A stretch of 64,000 nucleotides of DNA, taken from assembly GCA_010909165.1 (NCBI GenBank), contig VJWM01000016.1, positions 310,001-374,000 on the forward strand, given 5' to 3'. This stretch comes from Anthoceros angustus (Eukaryota; Plantae; Anthocerotophyta). The number at the start of each line of letters is the position of its first letter. Position 1 is the stretch's first letter. Of the stretch, positions 39,167-49,641 are shown piece by piece. The notes below the pieces were generated by a model. The model saw only the letters and a program-made list of their open reading frames with translations. It had not been told where the DNA came from and searched no databases. Both the position numbers and the translations under genes were made by a program.

Positions 39167-42034
39167 GTGGGACGAAATTCAAGAGATGCGTTTCTCGGCT
39201 TGCCTGCGCGAATGGGTGTGGACGCCGTCGTCTGCAGAGGCAGAAGCAGCGCGGCTGGAGGTTGCTGGGCCGGCTTCGGCTGCGGTGCTTCCGCGAAGGA
39301 GCGTCGCTGCCGGACCCGGCTGGTGGCGAGGCCGGGGCGGGGCCATGGGGAAGTGCGCGTGCTGGTGCTGGTGCTGGTGGGTCGCGGAGGCGGTGCGGCC
39401 AGCTGGGGCGTGGTGGGCGATGGCGACGGGGCTGGAGTGGATCCGGAGCTGGTGACGGAGGGGACCGTGAGCCGGCTGTGCCAGCGGGGGCGCGTGGAGG
39501 AGGCGGTGGAGGCTCTGGGAGTTCTGGTGGAGGGATTGCCGGGTGTCGCACTCTCTGGTGTACGCGGTGCTGAAGAATGTGCGGGCAGAGGGACCTGGTG
39601 CTGGGCCGGCTGGTGCACGCGCTGACTGTGAGAGTGGGATTCCAGGAGGACACGTTCCTGTGCAACCATCTCATACGGATGTACGCGGCGCACGGCAGGT
39701 TGCAAGACGCGATGGGTGTGTTTGCGGGGGTCCGGGAGCCGGATGCGTTCACCTGGTCGGCAGTGATTTCGTCCAACGTGAAGCACGGGGAGGACGCGGA
39801 GGCCATCCGGCTGTACCAGCGGATGCGGGGGTCGGGGGTGAGGCCGGATGGGCATGTGTTTGTGGCGGCGCTGCAGGCTTGCGCCAGGGGCGGGGACTTG
39901 ACGGCGGGGCAGCAGGTGCATAGGGATTGGCTGGAGAGTGAGCTTCAGCCTAACGTGTTTGTTTCTAGCGGGTTGGTGGATATGTATGCCAAGTGTGGGG
40001 ATTTGGAGGAGGCGGAGAAGTTGTTTTACAGGCTGCTGGAGAGGGATGTGGTGACTTGGAATGCCATGTTGGCGGGGTATGCGCAGAAGGGCATGGGGCG
40101 GGAGGCTCTTCGGCTGTATAGGGATATGCAGGAGGAGGGCGTGGTGGAACCCAATTCTGTGACGTTTGTGTGTGTTCTGCAGGCGTGTGCAAGTGTGGGG
40201 CCGCGGCTTTGGAGGAGGGAGGAAGCTGCATGCGCAAGTTCGGGAACGAGGGTTCCAGGGGATGTTGTTGTGGGTGGGAGCCTGGTGAATATGTATGCCA
40301 GGTGTGGGAGCATTGAGGGGCTCAGGGCGTGTTTCACAGGCTTGGGCAGAAGAATGTGGTGACTTGGAATGCTATGTTGGCGGGGTATTCGCAGCGGGTA
40401 TGGGGCAGGATGCGATAGGTATCTACCGGGGTATGGAGGAGGATGGTAGCATTGCGCCGGATGCTGTGACGTTTGTGTCGGTCCTGCAGGCGTGTGCCAG
40501 TGTGGGGAGCCCTGCTCTGGAGATGGGGAAGCAGCTTCATGCGCAGATTAAAGAACGAGGGTTCGAGGCTGATGTGTTTGTGGCTAACAGCTTGGTGACC
40601 ATGTATGCTAAGTGTGGGAGCCTGGAGGATGCTCAGGGTGTGTTTGATGGGCTTGGTGAAAAGAATGTGGTGACCTGGACGGCCATGATAGCAGGGTATT
40701 CCCAGCAGGGCATGGGTCAGGAAGCCCTTCGGCTGTATGATGCAATGGGAGAAGAAGGGAGTGTTGCACTGGACTGGGTGACGTTTGTGTGCCTCCTGCA
40801 GGCATGTGCGAGTGTGGGCGCTGCAGCTCTTGAGAAAGGGAAGCAGCTGCATGCGCAGATTAGAGAGCGAGGATTTCAGGGAGATGTGGTTGTAGGAGGG
40901 AGCCTGGTGAACATGTATGCCAAGTGCGGCAGCCTAGAGGATGCTCGGGGAGTTTTTGACGGGATGGCTGAGAAGAATGTGGTGTCTTGGAACGCCATGT
41001 TAACAGGATATTGCCAACAGGGTGAGGGGCATGAGGCCCTGGGTCTTTACAGAGTAATGCAAGAAGAAGGCATCACTGAACCCGATTCAGTGACTTTCTT
41101 GTGCCTCCTGCAGGCATGTGCCAGCGTGGCAGCATTGCATCTTGGAAGGCAGATTCATGCACAGATCAAAGAACAAGGGCTGCAAGCGGATGCACTTGTA
41201 GCTGGGAGTCTGATAAACATGTATGGGAAGTCCGGGAGCATGGCTGATGCACAGCAGGTGTTCGAGGCACTGCCCAAAAGAGACGTCGTCACCTGGAGTG
41301 CGCTGATTGCGGGCTACACCCGCCAAGGAGACAGTGAAGTTGTCTTCGACATGTTCCGCAGAATGAAGGAGGATGGTGTACAACCCGCTGGCATCACATT
41401 TCTTAGTGTCCTGACAGTATGCAGCCATGCAGGTCTTGTAAGCAGGGGCCGAGAGTACTTCGAGGCTATGAGCAAGCACTACGGCATCACCCCCACGGAA
41501 GAGCACTACTCATGCATGGTGGATCTCCTGGGCCGTGCTGGCCACCTGGACGAAGCCATAGCTTTGGTGAGGACAATGCCTGTACCGCCTGACATTTCCA
41601 TCTGGCATAATATACTGAGTGCTTGTCGGAAGTGGGGCAACGTGGAGGTGGGACGCCATGCTTTCCATGAAGCGCTGAAGCTGGACACCAAAGACCCGGC
41701 AGCGTATGTGTTGATGTCAAACATCTACAGCGGTGCCCAGATGTGGGAGCAGGCACGGGAGATGCAGGAGAGGAGACTGGAAAGTGGGGCATGGAAGCAG
41801 CCAGGCCAGAGCTGGTGGACAGATATGGACGGACTGGTGCATCGTTTTCAGGTTGGGGATATGAATCATCCGGAGAGTGAAGGCATATATGCCAAGCTCA
41901 ACCGGCTTTTTTCTGAAATGAAGAAAGAAGGATATGTTCTGGCATATCTGGACCCGTCGTCACCGGGAGACGTTTTTTACGATGGAAAGGAAGATCGTTT
42001 TTGTCTGCACACTAACAAAGTGGCGGTCGCATAA
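39167..42034 (+). CDS. PLS-class PPR RNA-editing factor (about 20 motifs, E1-E2, truncated WW-type DYW); several apparent 1-nt frameshifts in the 5' half
   Basis: Regular P-L-S triplets (VVTWNAM.. / VTFV..LQAC / VVGGSLVNMYAKCG), then P2-L2-S2, E1, E2 and PGQSWW..VHRF..GD..HP...GY..HTNKVAVA*. Frame breaks near 39535-39575 and 40200-40360. The start codon is uncertain. Confidence 0.9.
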
Positions 42035-42199
42035 TGAATCGAGCTAGCCCCCATCTCCGACGTAAACCACAAGCCAAGCGGAAAGTACAAGGTCTCACGG
42101 AAAATTGCGTTAACGCTCTTAAACCGATAGTGGAGTAAGGAGATTCAAGGTTCGGCTCACCAGTATATCTTGATGGTTACTATGGGTGAAGATTGGCTA

Positions 42200-43110
42200 G
42201 GGGAGTAGAAGAAGAAGAAAAATTTTATTTAAGTCCACAAAGAACGGTTTCGGGGAGTAGAAGAAGAAGAAGAGTTTTATTTAAGTCCACTAAGGACGGT
42301 TTCCGACAGGGACTTGGTACTTAACAACTTGTACCGCGTACCTAAGCTACTTGCACCAAGGGCGTCCACTCCTTTAGGCACCCTAAGCTACTTGCACCAA
42401 GGGCGTCCACTCCCTTTAGGCACCCTATCTAAGTACCGATCCAAGCTCAGGATGCTTAATCACGGCACCCTATCTAAGTACCGATCCAAGCTCAGGATGC
42501 TTAATCACGGCGGCACCCTATCTAAGTACCGATCCAAGCTCAGGATGCTTAATCACGGCGTAGCTTCGTGACAGTTGCAATTTGAGGAAGGTCTTTTCGA
42601 GCACACACACGACAAGTCCAGTAGACCATTGGCAAGGAGCAATGTATTCAAGCATGATAGTTAGAGTTGGAAGTAGCATACACATGCTTACCATAGGTCG
42701 TGTCACTCAATCATAACAAAACAAGCTTTGCTTCACTCACATGCTTACCATAGATCATGTTACTCAATCATAACAAAACAAGCTTTGCTTCACTCAATCA
42801 AAATAAAACAAGCCTCGCATCACTCAATCACAACAAAACAAGCCTCATGTCACTCAATCACAACCTTCTAAGCTTACATACAAGCAACAAGTTTGGAATC
42901 CACACACTTGGTGCCCAAAGCACTTAGGAAAAGGTTGTACGTTTTAAGCTTACATATTTTACAACAAGTTTGGAATACACAATTGGTGTTTCAATGTACC
43001 TTTTATGCTTACATATTGAACAACAAGCTTGGAATCCACATTTGGTGTCTTGATGCACCTCTTACGCTTACATATTGATTAGCAAGCTTGAATTTACACT
43101 TGGTGGTCAA
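42200..43110 (-). repeat. Composite tandem-repeat element ending (on - strand) in AATAAA + (TCT)n; possible non-LTR retroposon 3' region
   Basis: 52-bp duplicate (42201/42253), 41-bp x2 (42341/42382), 45-48-bp x3 (42420/42465/42513), then CACTCAATCA..AACAAG and AACAAG..TGGAAT..TTGGTG arrays. The end sequence recurs at 49553-49606. Confidence 0.6.
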
Positions 43111-44093
43111 AGCACCCTACACACATCACTATTGAGTCATAAGGAACTAAGGTCTATGCTTAGGCACTTACATTAATATTCACTCCATGAGGTACAATTC
43201 TAAAACTCTTTCTAGAGTATGTATCTAGCTTTCAAAACTGTACTATCCAAAATGGGTCGGTCTTCTAATCTACGAAGGCCGATGTCGGTCATACCTTTTC
43301 TGCAAATATTACCTCCTCAAAATTAATTCTAACTTTACATTACTATAAACCAATCTTCGTACTCTTCATCATATGGACTACTTAAAGACTTTGTTAAGCT
43401 CAAAGTGAAGGCAATATATATGTATGCAATTCAAGATATCATAAGCACATTGGTATTATTATTTTCTTAGCGTCAATATCTATCGATATTATATCACAAT
43501 TGATTAGTGAGGAAGTTTTTTATCTTATATTTTATAATTTTTTATTATTATATTATATTTTTTATCATTTAATATAAGCATAGATGAGAAGTTCCATTTG
43601 GGTGATCGGGAATATATCGGCTTTGTTTAATTTTATCATGAATGCAACAAATAACTTATAAAATATTGAACAAAATTCTCTAAACGAGAGATGATCTTCC
43701 TTGTTTACTTATAGCGAGAAAATGAGAGATCATTCTCTATATATGAGAGAGAGTTGCTCCTCACTTATTCATCCGCCTTAGGTTCCTTTGCAATACTGTC
43801 TTTTTTTGCGGCGGGTAGTTTATGTAGATGTTTCCAAGTTTGGTAAGTCTATTTTTTATTTTTTGTACATGATATATAGTACTTCTTAGTGAACTTGCGT
43901 TTTTATGAGTCATTTACACAAAACATTTTTTGTGTACCTAATTGCCAACTAAGTAGATCTAGCTTTGCAGTGTCACCTTAAAGTTAAGTATGTACTCATA
44001 ACTTAGAATAATCACATGTAGTTCATACAAAAGATGCAAGTGCTTGAAGTATGTTCAATCTAACAAACTATTTGTTTTTGTAGTGCCACAACA

Positions 44094-44435
44094 ATGGGAT
44101 TCATCAAAGATATATTATTGTGCTTCTTTCCTGATAATTCGGCAAAGGTGACCAAGAAGCATAAGGCAAAGTCATTTCCTCAAGATACTACAAGGATTGG
44201 TAAAGTATGTATTGAGAGCAATTCCATGCCAGTACATTCTACGGTTGAGAGAGAAGATTCATCACGAGGTTCTAAGGGTAGAGGATTCAAAGGAGAACTT
44301 GTGCAGATGGAGAAAAAAAGTGCAGAGCAAAAACTCATTAAGTTCTCTGCAACTTCTTTGGATGAGAAACTAGAACTTTGGTACGAAACAGTGGAAATGA
44401 AATCGAAGTCTAGAAAAGCCGATGGAGGTTTCTAG
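44094..44435 (+). CDS. Hypothetical orphan protein, 113 aa
   Basis: Uninterrupted ORF in very AT-rich DNA with ACAACAATGG context. Upstream GTAAGT donor (43843), CTAAC branch point (about 44060) and TTTTTGTAG acceptor (44083) suggest a 5'-UTR intron. Confidence 0.55.
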   Translation: MGFIKDILLCFFPDNSAKVTKKHKAKSFPQDTTRIGKVCIESNSMPVHSTVEREDSSRGSKGRGFKGELVQMEKKSAEQKLIKFSATSLDEKLELWYETVEMKSKSRKADGGF

Positions 44436-45104
44436 CAATTCTTCAAGATTGTAGCCATGAGTTATAATTATGAATAATCATGGCTTGTGGATTTACAACA
44501 ATTTTCGTATATTCGTGTTTCTTGCATGATAAAGTCAATTTATTGATCAATTTTGTTAACATCATGAAAATAAATCAACACGAGAATATACGTGTACTAG
44601 TAAAATGTTCTACTATCTTTCCACATGTAGCTATGTTGAGGTTAAAATAATAGCAAAATCAATCAACAAGATCCGTTCGTGGAAAAACGTCCATAGTGTG
44701 AGAACGTTCAGTTTGTTTGTTGTTGTCTAGTTCGTAATCACTTGGAAGAAGAAAAGAAAATAAATAATTTTTAACTTTGTAACATCAATTACTTAGATGA
44801 TATAGATTATTTGGGTATGGTTGAACATGTGGTTTTTCATCTAGATAGATCTATATATGAATATATTATATATATACACATTAGGGTTGACTTGACAATG
44901 GCTAGCCTCCATGTTAATAGCCCTAGGTGTGGTTCTAGCCACACCTTGAGCCGAGCGCCTATAAGGCTGCAAGGCTGACCTGACAATGACTAGTCTAGGT
45001 TTATGGCAGACCAACTGGGACAACCCCAAAGTTCCTTATATTTTGTTTTGGTGCAGAGGTGGCACAACATCTGGCTCCATGCGGTAAGATGGACCTCTAG
45101 CTCT

Positions 45105-45144
45105 GCGCGAGGAGGGTGCTAGAGCTCTAGCACCCTCCTCGCGC
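45105..45144. repeat. Perfect 40-bp palindrome
   Basis: GCGCGAGGAGGGTGCTAGAG|CTCTAGCACCCTCCTCGCGC. Confidence 0.98.
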
Positions 45145-46179
45145 CATTTCCACCCTCCTCTTAGTGGACGATGTGTTGCCGAATTTGAGTCACCATAAAT
45201 TGATTCAGGTATAAGCTTGATCGATTGAGACCTAAGAATAGCTAGACCAAAGAGAAGGTACGGTGCATCGAGGATTTGCACCATAGGGTGCGATTCTTTG
45301 CCGCACTGCGGCCAGCGATGGTTAGTGGCTCAATTGGTCGCCATACCAATTTTCGGCATGAGTTATAGGAATTTGGGCATGGGCATTCAAGCTCATGTGT
45401 GAATCATTTCAGGTTCAGATTCAAGGCTGAATGTTGCAAACAATTCAAAAGATTGTTGCAAGCAAATCAGGTCTGAACACATGAATCGATCTGTTTGGCA
45501 ACTTGATCGACATACTTTAGAAGAAGTTGGAACTTCATGTGGCTCCATTTACACATGATCCTGGAAGAAAGTTAATAAACAAACCCCCTTTCTTTGTTAC
45601 TAAACCCCCTTCATGAAACCCACTCGGTTTCCAAAACACGCGTGGTAATCACGTGCACTTTGATATTGAACTGGACCGTTCGCGGCCACTCAAAATACAC
45701 ATCGCCTACAAATTAGCCATTAATACAGTGGGCCACCCTGGCGCGGCCGGCGTCACACCAAAATCCTAAAAGTACACCAGTGAAAAAACTTAACTTTCAC
45801 ATTGTAGAAGGGTAACCATTAAGCACTTGAAAAATGTGAGTCTGTATCTGGAAGGACGTTACATCTAAAATGGTCCCTCTTGCAGGCTAAAATGGGACTC
45901 AAAAAGGCCCTAAGCTAAAGCGGAATCTAACACGACAACTAAATTTCGCATTCACTCCAATTCTTGTTCGTCGAAGCTATCATTCTCATCCTAAGCCTTG
46001 TCATCAACGTTCAAGTCGTTATTTGGATCATTCGCAGTCGTGCGAGCCCACCATATAATATCGAGGGTTTGTTGCCCTTCCTCCAACAATTCGTCAGATT
46101 CAGTCTTCATCCTCTTGGCACTCAAAGAAACAACATGTGCCCTTCAACAATCCTTTTCACTTATAAATACCTTCTTTGC

Positions 46180-46395
46180 CTAGAACTTTGAAGGCCCTTT
46201 GTGGTGGGTCTCGAAGGTGAGCTCTTCTTCTACGTCCGAGAGAACCTCGTACCCATGGACGCGCTGTGCGATGCACCCAGCACATTGCAAATATGCCTCA
46301 ATGACAATACTGTTTCTTCCACATAGTAAGGCTACTAGTATAGTTGTCCCACTTCCCGAGCATGCGTCTAATACCCAGTCCCCTCCTTTCAAGAA
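46180..46395 (-). pseudogene. C-terminal fragment of an N4/N6 (amino) DNA methyltransferase: SAM-binding motif I region
   Basis: GGDWVLDACSGSGTTILVALLCGRNSIVIE..QC..IAQR matches the GD.VLD.F.GSGTT..AA...GR..IG.E signature of beta-class amino-MTases. It is cut off upstream by a CACTA terminus. Confidence 0.72.
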
Positions 46396-47040
46396 CACTA
46401 CTAGGAAAAATAGTCTTTTGGATTTTACAATAGCTTTACAATGGCCGTTATAAAATTGCTGTTGTAAACTCCCCTTAGTAATTTATGTTGTAAAAACCAC
46501 AAAGCATATATACTATAAAGAAGTATACGTCCTTGCATATGGTATACGAGCATGGTGTACACCATTGTAAATATTCTAAATCCTTGTGAATTCTACCATT
46601 GTAAGTTATGTATGATGTTTTATATAGGGCAATTTGTCTGTAGGAAAATTTTGAAATACTTTACAATAGCCCAAACTATGTTTGAAAACAGCATTTTAAA
46701 ATTTTAAAATTTATTTTTTATAATTGGGCAACTTTACTACTGTTATTGAAACCATTATAAATTGAGCTGTTGTAAATAATTTCTGCCATTATAAATATCT
46801 CCACAAAAAATTCAAACTATTTTAAATAATTTAACACATTCTAAACTCCGATGTTGTAATAATATATGCCACTGTAAATATTTTCCCGGAAAAATTCAAA
46901 CCCTTATAAAAAAATGTATAACATTGTAAATTCTGTTGTTGCAAATATTCCCCCCCCAAAAGAACCGTTGTAGATAATTCAACCACTGTAAAGTCTGCTG
47001 TTGTAAAGATATGAAGATTATGCATAAATAATTTTTCATA
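46396..47040 (+). mobile_element. CACTA (En/Spm) element end with subterminal repeats; other end not found
   Basis: CACTACTAGGAAAAA at 46396, followed by many direct and inverted (C)CATTGTAAA / TTTACAAT / GTTGTAAA motifs in AT-rich DNA. Confidence 0.8.
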
Positions 47041-48029
47041 TATATTTTGGTAGGCTGACTGTTTGGTGGTAGGCTGGCTGGCTAGTTGGGTGATGTGAGG
47101 GACCAGTACCGACAATTAGGGTTGAGACTCAACAGCACATGCAAAGAGGCGGAAGTGCGCTGAGTTATGATGCCACTAGGAAGCACGCGTAGAAAATTCA
47201 AAAACCTTATGTACGCTGTAAAAAACGAACGAATTAATCCAAAATACGGAATCTTCGTAGCTAAGGTTGTCGGTGACGTGAAACGAGGCATTGCCGATAG
47301 TTGATGGGTAAGGTATCGGCGCATTTCCGGATCACATGAAACACCCACACGGGGGCTCGGGGCCGCTCATCGGAGTTCCGCCCAACCAGAAGCGACGACT
47401 GCAGGCAACCGTCCCATGTGAAAGAGTGTTTTCAATTGTCTGGATAACCAGAGGCCCGGAATCGGCCGCAACTGCCAACGGAAAGCGACGCCGCCATCCA
47501 TTTTACTGCACACCGCATTCCAGGTTTCATCACAGCCATTTCCTGTCACTGTATCTCTGGTCCTGCGCTTTGGTGGACCTCCGACGCTCACGCTGATGCA
47601 ACAGGTAGCCGAGCAATCCCATAGAAGACTTTTAAGTTTCAAGCCCGCCGATCTGGTTGTGACACAGCCTGCATCACGGAATCATCCGCCACCACTCGTG
47701 TGGTGACGTTCACCTCTGACCCGCAGGAGACCTGATGCAATCGCCAGGGCCGTGCAAAGTCCAGGTTTGAATGTCCAGTACAAAGGATGATGGAGTGATG
47801 AGGCCTCGTCTACATTTGTATGTACAACTGGAAACTGCAGTTGGTTTCCCAAGGAGAAACTGTAGAGTTCCAGGCGCCTTAACCATCACTCAACCTGACA
47901 ACTTTGTAAAAGGGCGCCCCTTTGCCAGCTGCAAAGATCAAGGCCATGTCTTGATGGGAAGCCTCCCCCCGCTTTCCCGAGAATTGTAGAGCATGTCACG
48001 GCGTGGAGACTTCGGCAAGAAGCGGTGCC

Positions 48030-49388
48030 CTAGCTGTTGTCTCTTGCGTCTGCCCTCCACTGGAACCTGCCCGCGTAGCTCAACTCCTGAGCCTTCACCA
48101 TACGGGGGTCAGTAGCAGACATGTGTCTCATCTGAAGGGCTGTAACATACGCCCGAGCGCTCCTAATTGATGGCTTCACTTTGCCCCTTATCATCAAATC
48201 CCAGACGCGGTTGGCTACAGTCAGGTCTCCTGGGGCACCGCACGCAAGGATCAGAAGCTCACTGCCTGACCTTGTGTTCAAAAAGAAACCCCGGGCATCC
48301 ATGTTGTCCAACAGCGTTATCGCAGAGGATAGGTTCTCAGGCGTTGGGTTGGACAGCAGCCCCTCCAACATGATCACATACAGCTCGAATACTGGCCTCC
48401 CGACACGTTCCATGCTCTGGAAAACGGCAAAAGCCTTGTCCGGGCTTCCTATGGAGATGTAGCACTTGATGATCTGCATCACGACGGAAGTATCGAGATG
48501 GTAACCGTCCTGCTCCAAGATCTGCACAGCCTTTGTCATAGCCTGCTCATTGCCCAGCTCGGCACAGGCAATCACAGCTGCGGAATGAGCTGCCTGTTTG
48601 ACACTTACTCGGTCTGTGCTCCCCTGGTTCAACACCTCGTTGGCCAGTAAGTCCTGTACGCCCTCACCGGTCTGTTGTGACTCCCCAGGAGAGTGCTTGG
48701 CTCTCGCTTGCTCCGCCTTGGATTGTTCCAACAGCTCAAAAATCTTGTCAAATGTCTTCAGCGTGGTGGGCTTCTTGTTCTTGTGAGCCATAATGAGCGC
48801 ACTGTAGCACAACTCGTCCAAGCGGAACCCGCTGGCACTCATTTTCTTCACCACCCCATCGGCCTCCTCAGGACATCCCGCAGCTCCGCATGCATTCAAC
48901 AGCGACACGTAAGTCCCGTACTTAGGTTGCAGCCCATATGCCTCCATCTCCGACGCCACCTGAAATGCTCGATTCACTTGGTTGCTCCTGCCACAGGCGG
49001 AGATCACGCAGTTGAAAAGAAGATGGTTGGGAGCGAAACCCATATCCTTCATCTCATTGAAGAAGTGCATCACATCCTGCAGCCGGTCGCCCCGCATAGT
49101 TCCTGTAATCAGCAAAAGGAACGTGGACAACTCCGGCTGCACCCCGTCCAGCAGCATGTCATCATATACCTCCCGCAGCAGATAAGGCTTTCTCTTGGAG
49201 CACAGAAACGACAACACCTTGTTGTACCCAAAGGTATCGCTTGCCACATTGAGCTTGGCGTAGTCCGATCCGGTAGACGATGAATAACCCGCTGTGCCTC
49301 CTTGGATCTGCCGTCCCCGGGGCCCCTGGTCTCGGTACTGGGCCACAATGCGGCCCAGCACTCGCTGCAGAGCTCGACGCATCGTCAT
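48030..49388 (-). CDS. P-class PPR protein, probably mitochondrial (Arabidopsis At4g35850-like), single exon, 452 aa
   Basis: YLLREVYDDMLLDGVQP, GTMRGDRLQD, NCVISACGR, YVSLLNACGAAG and LCYSALIMAHKNK; Arg-rich N-terminal presequence. Confidence 0.88.
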   Translation of the reverse strand: MTMRRALQRVLGRIVAQYRDQGPRGRQIQGGTAGYSSSTGSDYAKLNVASDTFGYNKVLSFLCSKRKPYLLREVYDDMLLDGVQPELSTFLLLITGTMRGDRLQDVMHFFNEMKDMGFAPNHLLFNCVISACGRSNQVNRAFQVASEMEAYGLQPKYGTYVSLLNACGAAGCPEEADGVVKKMSASGFRLDELCYSALIMAHKNKKPTTLKTFDKIFELLEQSKAEQARAKHSPGESQQTGEGVQDLLANEVLNQGSTDRVSVKQAAHSAAVIACAELGNEQAMTKAVQILEQDGYHLDTSVVMQIIKCYISIGSPDKAFAVFQSMERVGRPVFELYVIMLEGLLSNPTPENLSSAITLLDNMDARGFFLNTRSGSELLILACGAPGDLTVANRVWDLMIRGKVKPSIRSARAYVTALQMRHMSATDPRMVKAQELSYAGRFQWRADARDNS

Positions 49389-49467
49389 GTTTGAGACCCG
49401 GTCACCACCTCAGCCTGAGCTGCATTCCCTCGCCATAGCCACGCCCCTCATGTCCTTATGTAAGGGT

Positions 49468-49476
49468 TTAGGGTTT
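49468..49476 (-). promoter_or_regulatory. Telo-box (AAACCCTAA) in a short divergent promoter
   Basis: TTAGGGTTT between the PPR start (49388, -) and the RRP6L3 start (49642, +). Confidence 0.5.
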
Positions 49477-49641
49477 TAAACGAGAGTGTTGAGGAACATG
49501 CTAAAACGTCTCAGGTTATATTAGGATTCGGTATTTCCCATGACAATTTCTAAAAGAAGAAGAAGATGAATTTTATTTAAGCCCATGGTACTTAACAACT
49601 TGTACCATGGTCATGGTGTAGAGCAACTGGGAGTAATAAAA

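Noticed and set aside
42341-42560. CRISPR-like appearance of regular 41-48 bp repeats
   Set aside because: The units are head-to-tail with no unique spacers, there are no cas genes, and the context is eukaryotic.
42200-43110. Hammerhead ribozyme / Penelope-like or retrozyme repeats
   Set aside because: No CTGANGA...GAAA core was found by eye on either strand.
47082-47990. Short ORFs or possible ncRNA between the CACTA end and the PPR gene
   Set aside because: No motif, fold or splice pattern I can support; may be PPR 3' UTR or intergenic DNA.
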